51,835 nucleotides of DNA from a virus (IMGVR_UViG_3300042196_000315:1-51835); one strand, 5' to 3'. Shown: positions 8,759 to 17,707, counted from the stretch's first letter. A program made the numbers and translations. The notes: generated by a model from the letters alone, not told the origin.

Positions 8759-9252
8759 CTCTCCAAGCCGTTCTGACGGCCCGAGTCGTTCCGACGGCCC
8801 CCCTCTAATTGGGCTACCTCGACACAGGACAGGCATCTATCACGATGTTCGCCAGGGTAGCGCAGTATCAGGCCGATGATTTGGCCGGCCTCATCACGCC
8901 AATAGCCGTTCCACTCAGCGGCAACGGCCGGCACCTCTGCCAGTTCCGGGTGTCTCAGGTGCCGGTAGACAATCACCCGGCCGTCACCATTGCTGCCGCT
9001 GACTGTCACCTCTACCCGTGCCGTCCAGGAAAATTCAAACTCGCCAGGATCGAAGCGGGTTTTGCCCGTGCGCCAGACGGTGCTTTCCTTGTTGGCTGTG
9101 ATGATGCTTTGGGCATCGACCGCGCTGATGGGCCGGCCGTCTACCAGGTAGTTATTGCCCTCGCGCTCTGAGTAGAAGAAGTTATCGTTGTGCCGGACAA
9201 TTTCCCGGTAGATGCGAGTGTGTGATTTCGTAGTAGTATATTCGTTACTCAT
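8755..9252 (-). CDS. Hypothetical protein
   Basis: GGAG RBS, 165 aa, operon context. Confidence 0.65.
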   Translation of the reverse strand: MSNEYTTTKSHTRIYREIVRHNDNFFYSEREGNNYLVDGRPISAVDAQSIITANKESTVWRTGKTRFDPGEFEFSWTARVEVTVSGSNGDGRVIVYRHLRHPELAEVPAVAAEWNGYWRDEAGQIIGLILRYPGEHRDRCLSCVEVAQLEGGRRNDSGRQNGLER

Positions 9253-9318
9253 GATGGGTTCTCCATTGTGATAGGCCGCCTCCCGGCATTGTGAGAGATG
9301 GGCGGGAAGCGGCCGTTT

Positions 9319-9570
9319 TCAGTGTAAATAATCGGCGGCCGGCATAATCCAGTTGATGATGTCGGCGGCCCCCTCCTGGTAAAGGTCGGCCAGGGCATAT
9401 GTGGCATTACAGCGGCCGCAGACGGCCGTCTCCACCACCGTGTCGGCAATGTCATCCATGCCGAAATTTGTACCGACCTGGGGGTCTATCGGGACCTCAC
9501 GGGGGGCAAAGACGGCATGGACTTCCATGAGGAAGAGTTGGCCGCCGCAGGTGCAAGTTGTTTGATACAT
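9319..9570 (-). CDS. Small zinc-ribbon protein
   Basis: CTCG...CGRC; GAGGAG RBS. Confidence 0.6.
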   Translation of the reverse strand: MYQTTCTCGGQLFLMEVHAVFAPREVPIDPQVGTNFGMDDIADTVVETAVCGRCNATYALADLYQEGAADIINWIMPAADYLH

Positions 9571-9572
9571 AG

Positions 9573-9899
9573 TTACTCCTCGCCCTTGACGCGGCCGATG
9601 GCTTCCCGCTCCAACTGCAACAGGTAAGCTCCGGTGCTGAGGCCGGCCGCTTGTGCCTGCCCTTGAAAATCCACTGCGAGCGGGTGCTCGCTGGCGATTT
9701 CCCGCCAGTCCCGGCCGACCCCTAGCTTTTGGTAAAAATCATGAAGCGCGACGCGGATCTCCGACAGGTAGAGGAGATTTGGCGCGGCGGCAATCAGCCG
9801 GGCATTATCCTCGCGCTCCGGCCTGTCGGTGATGGCTGCCACGTGGCGGCCGTCCTGATCATAGATATTTGCGTAGAGTTTGCTGTGTGTCCATTTCAT
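9573..9899 (-). CDS. Phage hypothetical protein (NARLIAAAP motif)
   Basis: NARLIAAAPNLL is common in phage early proteins. Confidence 0.7.
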   Translation of the reverse strand: MKWTHSKLYANIYDQDGRHVAAITDRPEREDNARLIAAAPNLLYLSEIRVALHDFYQKLGVGRDWREIASEHPLAVDFQGQAQAAGLSTGAYLLQLEREAIGRVKGEE

Positions 9900-9923
9900 A
9901 GTTGATGCTCCAAATACGGCCGT

Positions 9924-10202
9924 CTAAAACGGGATAATCAGATCCCCGCCTACGCGGGGACCCACACCGGCCGCTTCCGGCTCGGCCGTCCCGTCAGCCT
10001 CTACATAATCGGGCCAGTAGGTGGCATAGATTTTGATGTTGGTCAGGCCGGTGACGACGTTTGCGCTGAAGGTGTCAGGGTCAACGGTGATGAGCGGCCG
10101 TGTCCAGGGGAAGCGGGCTACTACCTCGCGCTGGTCCAGGAAGAGCATTTCGGATGCGTCCGGGTCATCGGCTACGGTGATGTCTACTTGATAGATGTTC
10201 AT
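9924..10202 (-). CDS. Hypothetical protein
   Basis: AAAGGA RBS before MNIYQVDIT. Confidence 0.6.
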   Translation of the reverse strand: MNIYQVDITVADDPDASEMLFLDQREVVARFPWTRPLITVDPDTFSANVVTGLTNIKIYATYWPDYVEADGTAEPEAAGVGPRVGGDLIIPF

Positions 10203-10248
10203 AGTTTGTTCCTTTGGGTTACGATGGTGACACGGCCGTTTGCCTAGG

Positions 10249-10264
10249 TGTTTGCGCGCAAACA
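10249..10264. promoter_or_regulatory. parS-like palindrome 1 (TGTTTGCGCGCAAACA)
   Basis: Perfect 16-bp palindrome, intergenic. Confidence 0.6.
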
Positions 10265-10279
10265 AACGGCCGTGATAAC

Positions 10280-11068
10280 CTAAAACAGATCGCCGTTGAT
10301 GTCGTCAACGATTTGCCGGGATTTTGCGACGGTCGCCAGCCAGTCAAAAATCGTCACGGCCGTGCCGGTCTTGATGCTCTTGCTAGATGTCACGGCTATC
10401 CCGGCCGGTAAATCAGGCCAGGACTTGACGGCCCGCAGTGCCTCCTGTGCATTGGCGTAGAGTCCGGCCTGGGCTGCCTTCTCAACCACAAAGCCCAATT
10501 TGGTGCTTTTGCCCTGGCCTTCGATGGCTGCCCGGAAGTCGGCTAGTTTTTTGTTGGCAACTGAGCCAGCCTCAACATGATCCCATGTGCCCGGCTCGGC
10601 TTTTGGCTCCGAACGTCCTCGCTGAACGGGATGGGTCTGGGACTTGCGGCGAACGCGGACGGTCGCGCCGTTTCCATTCGCTTGTCGCGGCTCGGCTTGA
10701 ACCCGCCGGCCGGCCAATGCCTGGGTCACCTTGCTATCCAGGGCTTCTACCGGCTTTTGCTCCTTGAAGGAGATGAGGTTAAGCCAGTTCACGCCGTCCT
10801 CGCCCATGCCGTCCGGCCGGGTGAAGCCAACGACTAAGCCGTATTTTTGCGGCCAGCTTCGCCGCTTCCAGGTGTGGCCGTTCCAGGTAACAACAGTCGC
10901 GCCATATTCATCGGCGGCCGTTACTGTTGCGGCAATGCGCGACCAGTCGAAGGTTGCATATTCCTCAAAGGGGAATTGGTAGTTGGGCGCGGCCGGGGCC
11001 GATGCCTGGGCGATTGCTTCCAGGGCATTAGCTATACGGGTAAGAATTTTTAATTCATCTTCATTCAT
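10280..11068 (-). CDS. Hypothetical protein, possibly ssDNA-binding
   Basis: APNYQFPFEEYATFDWS...WNGHTWKRRS N-domain; acidic C-terminal DDINGDLF tail reminiscent of SSBs. Confidence 0.5.
   Translation of the reverse strand: MNEDELKILTRIANALEAIAQASAPAAPNYQFPFEEYATFDWSRIAATVTAADEYGATVVTWNGHTWKRRSWPQKYGLVVGFTRPDGMGEDGVNWLNLISFKEQKPVEALDSKVTQALAGRRVQAEPRQANGNGATVRVRRKSQTHPVQRGRSEPKAEPGTWDHVEAGSVANKKLADFRAAIEGQGKSTKLGFVVEKAAQAGLYANAQEALRAVKSWPDLPAGIAVTSSKSIKTGTAVTIFDWLATVAKSRQIVDDINGDLF
10648..10668 (+). repeat. 21-bp dispersed element GGCGAACGCGGACGGTCGCGC, copy 1
   Basis: Identical copies at 15344-15364 and 24371-24391. Confidence 0.85.
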
Positions 11069-11354
11069 TGTTCGTTCCTCGAAGTTGCGTCACCCTGTCC
11101 CGTTCCAGGTTGCCCATCCGGGAGAAGGCCACGCTTAATCTACAGTGATCGCATACAAGCATATCGGCGAACTCACCACCCACCTCTATGGTGATAGTGC
11201 TGCAAACGGCCGTTGCCTCGCACATTTCGCAGGTGTCCAGGTTATCGGCGCGGCGGACCGTCTTACTGGTAGCTGCCCCGCGCTCTACGGCCGTCCTCAG
11301 TTCGCCGTTGGTCTTGATGTTGCCATTGATTGATAGTTGCTTTACCGCGCCCAT
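11061..11354 (-). CDS. Small zinc-binding protein
   Basis: CEMC...CDHC; start overlaps upstream stop. Confidence 0.55.
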   Translation of the reverse strand: MGAVKQLSINGNIKTNGELRTAVERGAATSKTVRRADNLDTCEMCEATAVCSTITIEVGGEFADMLVCDHCRLSVAFSRMGNLERDRVTQLRGTNNE

Positions 11355-11593
11355 CAGGCCACCCCCACATTGAACACGTGGCCCGTTACCATGCAGTGAC
11401 CCTGACGGCCGCCAACTTTTCGGGCATTGGTGTTGTTGATAAGGTTCAGTTCGCATTTGGCCACCTGCACCAGCTTGCCACATTTGACAGTCCAGGCCGT
11501 TTGGCCGATGGTCAAGTCTTCAAAGAGGCCGGTGTCAGTGATGGTTAGGCCGAGGTCTTGGATTAGTTCGGTTAGCCAGGTGGGTGTGTTCAT
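11354..11593 (-). CDS. Hypothetical protein
   Basis: Operon packing with overlapping start/stop codons. Confidence 0.55.
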   Translation of the reverse strand: MNTPTWLTELIQDLGLTITDTGLFEDLTIGQTAWTVKCGKLVQVAKCELNLINNTNARKVGGRQGHCMVTGHVFNVGVA

Positions 11594-11805
11594 CGCTTCA
11601 CCGCCTTCGTGTACGCTTCCCAGGCCAGTGTCACGGCCTTGACGCTGCTGTCGCTGTAGTTAGCCAGGGCGGCGGCTTTTTTGGCGGCCGCGACGGGGGC
11701 GTAGGGGTCGGTTTGTTTGGTGTTCTGTGGTAAAGTTGTCATAAGTGCTTGCTCCTTTGTGAGTGCTTGAAGATCCCCCGGTTGGTTTGGACGCTGGCCG
11801 GGGGG

Positions 11806-12006
11806 TTATGATTTCAGTGATGCTTTCAGTTTCAAAAACCGGCGCGTTACGCGCTGTTGGGCCAGATACTCCAGATGGTGAATGCGATGGAATCTATCAC
11901 CAGCCGGGGTCATCACGGCCGGGTAGCCAGGGTGTGCGGCCTTACGCGCCTGGGCCAATTTGGTCTTGAGTGCTATTGCTTCGTGAATTAGGTCTCTGAT
12001 GTCCAT
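11806..12006 (-). CDS. First gene of leftward early operon, hypothetical
   Basis: AAAGGA RBS; directly downstream of a consensus promoter. Confidence 0.6.
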   Translation of the reverse strand: MDIRDLIHEAIALKTKLAQARKAAHPGYPAVMTPAGDRFHRIHHLEYLAQQRVTRRFLKLKASLKS

Positions 12007-12056
12007 GCCGTTTCCTTTGCCCTGGTGGGGGCGTTTTGTGTTTAAGTTACTCCTGG

Positions 12057-12086
12057 ATTATAACATATTCGCTTGACACATGTCAA
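12057..12086 (-). promoter_or_regulatory. Leftward sigma70-type promoter overlapped by an operator-like palindrome
   Basis: TTGACA(12086-12081)-18 bp-TATAAT(12062-12057); IR GCTTGACA-CA-TGTCAAGC at 12071-12088. Confidence 0.75.
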
Positions 12087-12145
12087 GCCATTAGACAAGA
12101 TTACTTGTACCAATATTCACAAAGATACCAATTTCGTCAAATGTC

Positions 12146-12175
12146 TTGACATCGGGCAAGGGGATCGTGTATCAT
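12146..12175 (+). promoter_or_regulatory. Rightward promoter for HTH gene
   Basis: TTGACA-18 bp-TATCAT, ATG 7 nt downstream. Confidence 0.6.
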
Positions 12176-12182
12176 CCCTGGC

Positions 12183-12443
12183 ATGGTCAAATACACTTTA
12201 TCAACGGAGGCAGAAATGCAAGAGAAATTGTACACTGTCGCCGAACTCGCCAAGCTGTTTCAGGTAAGCCGCCAAACAATTCACAATTGGAATAGTGACG
12301 GCCGCTTCCCCAATAGCATCGCGGTCGGTGACAAAAACACCCTTCTCGTTCCTGCTTCTGACGTAGAGTCCGCAAAGGAGGCAGAGGCGAAGCGGCTCCT
12401 AGAAGAGCTTAATCGCCTGGGCTTTCGAGTACACCCTGCGTAG
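12183..12443 (+). CDS. Excisionase/AlpA-like HTH protein
   Basis: LYTVAELAKLFQVSRQTIHNWNSDGRFP (HTH_17/Xis pattern); alternative start 12216 with GGAGG RBS; near attP. Confidence 0.8.
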   Translation: MVKYTLSTEAEMQEKLYTVAELAKLFQVSRQTIHNWNSDGRFPNSIAVGDKNTLLVPASDVESAKEAEAKRLLEELNRLGFRVHPA

Positions 12444-12580
12444 GAAGTCGGAATAAAAAAAGACCTCCTACGCAAAGCGCAAGAAGCCTTCTCTTTGTTT
12501 CCCCATTCCCGCCAAGCTATCAACTAACCGGGAAGGGGATTTACCAAACGGCCGATCGGCCGTATTAGCACCTTAATAAT

Positions 12581-13132
12581 TTACGGCAAACTCTCACAGG
12601 CATTGCCATCATTGTCCTGGTCCAGGCCATAAATATCGCCCGCGCCCTGCTGCACGCAGAAGTTAAAGCAGCTCTGGGCCTCGCTGTGTGTGTCGAAGTC
12701 ACCGCAATTGAGGGTATCGGCCTGACAGGTGCAGCCTGGGAAAATGGCCCCGGTTGCCGTCGCTGCCGGCGGCGGTGGGGGCGTGGCCAGCGGCGCAGAT
12801 GTAGGAGTCGCCGCCGGCGCGGCCGTCCTGGTTGGTAGGGGAGCGGCCGTCGGCCTCGGAGTCCGCGAGGGCTTAGGGGTTGGCGTGCGCGTGGCCGAAG
12901 GGGACGGCGTAGGGGTTGGTGTGGGCGTTGCGGTGTGTGTTGCCGTCGGTTCCATCGTTGCCGTTTCCGTCGCCAATTCGGCCGTTGCCCTGGGTGCGGT
13001 GGTTGGTTCACTTCCGGCCGGCGGCACCCCGTTGAGTTGCAAGGCGGCGATAGCGCAGCCGCCAAAGACGAGTATGCCAATCACTAGCCACTTAAAAAAC
13101 TTGTATTTCAGGCTACCCTTGTCGTAAGACAT
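12581..13132 (-). CDS. Membrane-anchored Excalibur calcium-binding protein (moron)
   Basis: TM helix, PT-rich linker, LNCGDFDTHSEAQ...DIYGLDQDNDGNACE. Confidence 0.85.
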   Translation of the reverse strand: MSYDKGSLKYKFFKWLVIGILVFGGCAIAALQLNGVPPAGSEPTTAPRATAELATETATMEPTATHTATPTPTPTPSPSATRTPTPKPSRTPRPTAAPLPTRTAAPAATPTSAPLATPPPPPAATATGAIFPGCTCQADTLNCGDFDTHSEAQSCFNFCVQQGAGDIYGLDQDNDGNACESLP

Positions 13133-13210
13133 TGCAAGGAAACGGCCGTTTCTTCAAGGTCTATGTTGCGAAACGGCCGTCTAACACAGAACCTTACCAA
13201 TCTTAAGATT

Positions 13211-13274
<64 letters not shown>

Positions 13275-13303
13275 AACAGGCCGTCAGGGTACACGATTAT
13301 TAG

Positions 13304-14299
13304 TCATGTATCCCGGCGGCGGCTGAAGAATAGCTGCAAAATCGCCCGGTGGGTCTCCTCATCTTCCGGCCTTGAGGCCATAGTAGAGAGGGCCTTGGAA
13401 GCATCCCCCTCATCGGGGTGATGGTAATAAGCCAGGGCCGTCGCCCCGGTTTCCTGGTCAGCGTGATTAAGCACAATGGCCGTCACCTTGGCACCAAAGC
13501 GGCGGGTTGTCTCATCCCCCCGGCGATGGCGCAGGGCATGAGAAAGCACCGCCCTCTCCACCCCAGCAGCGGCCGCCAGCCTTTGGTAAATCTTGGTGGC
13601 CCCGGACCGGGAAAGCGGCCGGTAGCGAAGCTCCTTGTCTTTCCTGGTGGTGGTCTGGCGAGTGCCGACAAAGCAAATGTCAATCGGCGCATCCGGCCGG
13701 ACTGCCAGCCAGCGGCGGAAGCCGGAAGCCAGGCGGCCATCAAAGCGGATCGTAATCTCCCCCGTCTTGCCCCTGCTAGTAGCTCTGTAGATCCCCTCTG
13801 CATCCGGCCCGCGCCAAAGAGCGGCCTCAACCTCGCTCTTCCTGAGTTCCCTTATTTCTCTCAGGCGCGGGCCGGAAAACTCCGACAGAAGCCAGATCAG
13901 GCCGTCCCTTACCTGGTCTGGCTTCTCGGAGGCCAGCCAATCACGGGCCAGGGCAGAGAGGCGGGAAACGGCCGTCTCCGGGGGAACCTTGGAGCGTTTG
14001 GAGATGAAGCTGCCCACCTTGATGTGCCGGGCCGGCGAGCTAATACCGGCCCGCTCCGCACACCAGGACAGAAACGACTTGATTGCCTGCTTGTACCCGG
14101 CCATCGTCGCTTCAGCGTAACCTCTCTCTTCGAGGGCCGCGATATAGGCGTTGACGTCGGCGCGGGTGATTTCCCGAATGGCCAAATCGCCATAGGCGGC
14201 CAGGAACGGCCGTATGCGCCGCTCATAGTTGGTGCGGTTGGCAGCAGACTGGCCGGCCAGCCCTTCCAGGAACTCTAGCAGGGAACTTTCTAATGTCAT
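13304..14299 (-). CDS. int: Tyrosine integrase
   Basis: SAM-like N-domain; catalytic R (GPRLREI), K (RGK), HALR, H (LNH), Y (LAYYHH). Confidence 0.92.
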   Translation of the reverse strand: MTLESSLLEFLEGLAGQSAANRTNYERRIRPFLAAYGDLAIREITRADVNAYIAALEERGYAEATMAGYKQAIKSFLSWCAERAGISSPARHIKVGSFISKRSKVPPETAVSRLSALARDWLASEKPDQVRDGLIWLLSEFSGPRLREIRELRKSEVEAALWRGPDAEGIYRATSRGKTGEITIRFDGRLASGFRRWLAVRPDAPIDICFVGTRQTTTRKDKELRYRPLSRSGATKIYQRLAAAAGVERAVLSHALRHRRGDETTRRFGAKVTAIVLNHADQETGATALAYYHHPDEGDASKALSTMASRPEDEETHRAILQLFFSRRRDT

Positions 14300-14428
14300 G
14301 TTTTCCTCCGGTGGATACGAGATTTTCGACAGGCGAAAATTCTACACCACAGGGGGAGCTTTAACAGGGCTTGTTCTATCAGTCACCAATCAGCATAGCA
14401 CAGGCCGCCTGATTTGTGACTTAATTCT

Positions 14429-14797
14429 ATGATTCTGGGATACATCATTTCGGTAGTTGCCACGAGCATCCTCGCCCACTTTGCGCTGGGGGAATACGGC
14501 CTTTGGCGGCGGCGGTGGTCGCTGAGGATGGCAACGGCCTTTGTCATCGTTTGCGGCTGGGCATTTATTTGGGGGTTTGATGTGGCAACGGTCTTTGCGA
14601 TGACGGCAGGGGCAGCGACAACGGGCGCAATCCTTCACGCCATTGATGCCACGCTTGAGGAGCTGGGGAAGAACGAGAAAGCAAACGAGTTAATAGGGCG
14701 AATCAATCGCCTGATAGGGGTAGTGGATGGCACGGCCGGAGGATCAGGACACACTGAGACTGGAAACGATGCAGGTAATGATAAACCGCATCGCTGA
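14429..14797 (+). CDS. Multi-TM membrane protein
   Basis: 2-3 hydrophobic helices. Confidence 0.55.
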   Translation: MILGYIISVVATSILAHFALGEYGLWRRRWSLRMATAFVIVCGWAFIWGFDVATVFAMTAGAATTGAILHAIDATLEELGKNEKANELIGRINRLIGVVDGTAGGSGHTETGNDAGNDKPHR

Positions 14798-14969
14798 GGC
14801 GCAAAAGCGGATCATGTATTGGGCGAATAAGGATGTGGACATTCTCGAAAACGTGGCGCTGACCTTGGAGGCGCTGGCGAAATTAGATCGCCTGCTGCTG
14901 CAAGAAAAAGATGCGCTCTACGGATACAAGAAAAGGGCCGGGACTGGCGATTCCCGGCCGGGTGACTGA
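14727..14969 (+). CDS. Hypothetical helical protein
   Basis: Plausible amphipathic ORF; overlaps previous ORF by 71 nt. Confidence 0.5.
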   Translation: MARPEDQDTLRLETMQVMINRIAEAQKRIMYWANKDVDILENVALTLEALAKLDRLLLQEKDALYGYKKRAGTGDSRPGD

Positions 14970-15205
14970 TAGGGGAAGAGGGCTTCCCGGCTAAAGTATA
15001 ACACACCTTGACATGTATTTTCTGAAATCAAGACTTTCCCCTATAGGTTGCGTTAACACAAATTATCAGTCTCTATGGGGCAGGCTAACATCAAACATCG
15101 GAGCAAACATCATGACACTTTTAATAATCGGTATGGTTTGCGGCGGCTCCCTGGCAGCACTGGCGGTCATAGCGGCCGTGATTTACGAGAAGCGGGATTA
15201 TTGAA

Positions 15206-15748
15206 ATGAGCTGCCTATGTGAGCGCGACAACCTCGACCACGTGGAAACGGCCGATCTCGGAGGCGGCGTCAAGTTGGACAGCTACCATTGCCCGGTGTG
15301 CGGTACCTGGTTTTATGTCGAGTTCGACGTGAACCAGGCAGACGGCGAACGCGGACGGTCGCGCGAAACGGGCGACGCGCTGACACTGCGTACCTGGTGG
15401 TACATATCCCGGACTATTACCATGAATTTTTGGCCACCGGAGGCGGAGAGAGTATTGATGAGTGAGTACACCACATCAGAGTACTATACGGGCGAGGGCA
15501 GGCAGATAATCAGGGTAGAGGCCATCGAACCGATCCCCGGCACGAACCTCTACCGCCGATGGGAAAATGGCGAGGAGGTATCGCCAGAATACCGCGGGCC
15601 TGACACCTGGGAATTTAGCGCACAGGAGCAGGCTGGTGAACACGGCTACCGCTCTGTCGCCATCGGGCGCATGGCCTGGGCACGATTCCCGGATGGCTGG
15701 TACTTCTGGGGATACGAGCAGGCCGCCGCAACGAATAACCAGGCATGA
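15206..15748 (+). CDS. Hypothetical protein with N-terminal zinc ribbon
   Basis: CLC...CPVC; carries an in-frame 21-bp element. Confidence 0.6.
   Translation: MSCLCERDNLDHVETADLGGGVKLDSYHCPVCGTWFYVEFDVNQADGERGRSRETGDALTLRTWWYISRTITMNFWPPEAERVLMSEYTTSEYYTGEGRQIIRVEAIEPIPGTNLYRRWENGEEVSPEYRGPDTWEFSAQEQAGEHGYRSVAIGRMAWARFPDGWYFWGYEQAAATNNQA
15344..15364 (+). repeat. 21-bp dispersed element, copy 2
   Basis: Identical to 10648-10668. Confidence 0.85.
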
Positions 15749-15954
15749 ACAAATACGCTGACCAGGCCCAGGCCGCCCGCGAGTGGCGCAAGCTCCAACG
15801 AATGTGTACCAGCAAACGAGCCTACCCGACGGCCGAAGCTGCCAGCCACAGGAGCCAGCGGGTGTATCAGTGCCCGGTTTGTGGCAAGTTTCACCGGAGC
15901 GGCAAGTTCGGCCGTTTCGTGAAGCATTTGAAACGCATTAACAACACGGCTTGA
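15745..15954 (+). CDS. Small zinc-finger phage protein
   Basis: CTSKRAYPT...VYQCPVCGKFH; ATGA overlap. Confidence 0.7.
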   Translation: MNKYADQAQAAREWRKLQRMCTSKRAYPTAEAASHRSQRVYQCPVCGKFHRSGKFGRFVKHLKRINNTA

Positions 15955-16012
15955 TTCAGGTGAGGCCGGGCAGAAAAAAGCCCGGCTGCGGGTTCAATCC
16001 CCGCACGAGCCA
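15948..16012 (+). ncRNA. tRNA-like structured element (acceptor-like stem + hairpin + T-arm)
   Basis: GGCTTG/CGAGCC stem, GCCGGGC/GCCCGGC hairpin, TGCGGG-TTCAATC-CCCGCA T-arm. Confidence 0.5.
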
Positions 16013-16273
16013 CTGGCCGATTTACCCCACCTTGGGTAATCAAGTAACTGTAGAGGCCCAACAGGAGTTGGGAGACATTTAGGGGCAAATCGGCTTTTTA
16101 ACAAACGACTTCCTGCGCCGGCGGTGCTATGGCATGAGACGCCAGCCGGCGCGGTTGGTCTATCGGCCGATTTGTCCCAATGCTCGTTTTTTTGCTTGGA
16201 ACAAACACCCTCCCTAAAACCCTATTTTCGTTATGGCGGGGCAAATCGGCCGTTTTTAATCGTCGAGGCAAGC

Positions 16274-16459
16274 ATGACAAGAACACCGAACCAGCAGCAA
16301 AAAACAGAGACCAGCTTCCTGAAATGCCAGGAGGAAACGGCCGCCTCTACACGCGAGCAACTAATGGCCGAGCTTGAGGATCAATTGGCAACGGCCGATG
16401 ACACAATCGCCAATCAGGTGCAGAGAATTTACGGCCGTTTCCAGGAGAAGGCGCGGTGA
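16274..16459 (+). CDS. Small coiled-coil protein
   Basis: GAGG RBS; GTGA overlap with rep. Confidence 0.55.
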   Translation: MTRTPNQQQKTETSFLKCQEETAASTREQLMAELEDQLATADDTIANQVQRIYGRFQEKAR

Positions 16460-17355
16460 ACAATCCGGCCCTCGACGATCCCAGAACAGTGCTGCATGTA
16501 CTCAATTACAAAGCAGCCCTACCCATCATCCTGGCTATGCTCATGCCTGACTGCCCACGTCCATGCAGTGTTAAATGGCTTTGCCGCCGCGCCGGCGTTC
16601 AAAGCGTCCAGACGGCGCGAGAAAGTTTGAAGTACCTGGCCGAGTTGGGCGTGGCCGCCATGTCTTTAGTTCAAAATAAAGGCTGGTGGCAGCTAACCGA
16701 CCGGGCCTACCAATTACCATTACCGGCCGCTTCATTAGATGCGAGTTCACAATCGCAATTACCGGAGAGTTCACAATCTCCGGCCGGGGCAAGTTCACAA
16801 TTGCCCATATGGGAGAGTTCACAATCTCCCGATACAGAGGTAGGTAAATTTTCACCCACTGTAGGGGTAGGTAAATTTTCACCACCTCTGCATGATGATC
16901 ATGATGATGATGTTGTTATTACTGTGGATCTTAAACAACATCATCATCATACAGACAAACATGAGGTGGCAGAGGTGGGTAAATTTTCACCCACTCCCAC
17001 CAGCCACCTCCTGGAGCGGCTAGGATGCGATCCGCCCATGCCGGAAAAGTTCGCCCACATCGAAGCGGCCGTTATCCTGGCTTTTTACTGGTCGGCGCTG
17101 CCCTGGGCGCATACCCCCGTCGGGTTTTTGCGGCGGCGATTGGAGCAAGGTCACGAGCCACCTGGTGAGCACTTGGAGTTAGCAAGGTTTTGGCTGGCCC
17201 TGGATGAGGACGGCCGTGACAATTTTCGCAGCCAATTTGACCACGCGATGCTACCAGTCCACCGAATCAGCGACCTGGTAAACGAGTTCGATTTGTCCCA
17301 GGCGGCGGCAAAGTTGACCCTGTCCCTGCGGGAACTGAAGGTGTTTGATGAGTAG
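16456..17355 (+). CDS. Replication initiator (lambda O-like architecture)
   Basis: N-terminal wHTH-like region, central iteron-derived low-complexity linker, helical C-domain. Confidence 0.7.
   Translation: MNNPALDDPRTVLHVLNYKAALPIILAMLMPDCPRPCSVKWLCRRAGVQSVQTARESLKYLAELGVAAMSLVQNKGWWQLTDRAYQLPLPAASLDASSQSQLPESSQSPAGASSQLPIWESSQSPDTEVGKFSPTVGVGKFSPPLHDDHDDDVVITVDLKQHHHHTDKHEVAEVGKFSPTPTSHLLERLGCDPPMPEKFAHIEAAVILAFYWSALPWAHTPVGFLRRRLEQGHEPPGEHLELARFWLALDEDGRDNFRSQFDHAMLPVHRISDLVNEFDLSQAAAKLTLSLRELKVFDE
16740..16995. repeat. Putative replication origin within rep
   Basis: AGTTCACAAT x4 at 24-bp period (16744, 16768, 16792, 16816); GGTAAATTTTCACC x3; 17-bp perfect IR 16901-16917 / 16934-16950. 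Confidence 0.75.
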
Positions 17356-17707
17356 AAAACTAACCAACATCCTCTCCGACCTCATAGCCGACCGAACCGC
17401 CAAAGACGAAGTAACCGGCGGCCTCATGTTCCAATTCCAGGCCGGTGACCATGACATGCCATTTAACCGCCTGTTGTGCTACCGCAGGGAGAAGCCGGTG
17501 GGCACCAACGAACTGGTCACACTGCGCCGGCACCTGGAGAAGCTGCTGCCAAATACGGAAATCTTCTTAGGGCCGGAGTTTGAATATACCGGCAGCGACA
17601 AGATAGTCAGGAAATGCCGGGCATTTAGCTGGCCGGCGGCCGCGGCAGTCAGTGAGCCAGGCCAGCAAGTGGCAATGGATTTCGACGCGCCCAAAGCGGC
17701 CGTCTAA
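17348..17707 (+). CDS. Hypothetical protein
   Basis: Overlaps rep stop. Confidence 0.65.
   Translation: MSRKLTNILSDLIADRTAKDEVTGGLMFQFQAGDHDMPFNRLLCYRREKPVGTNELVTLRRHLEKLLPNTEIFLGPEFEYTGSDKIVRKCRAFSWPAAAAVSEPGQQVAMDFDAPKAAV

Noticed and set aside
8763-8798. 18-bp tandem duplication with GCCGT-N4-ACGGC palindrome
   Set aside because: Only two adjacent imperfect copies; cannot be distinguished from local slippage
13418-14278. Long antisense/shadow ORFs (also 5439-6134, 28513-29358, 36228-36992, 45114-45896, 50706-51575)
   Set aside because: They lie opposite well-supported genes in high-GC DNA and have no motifs or RBS
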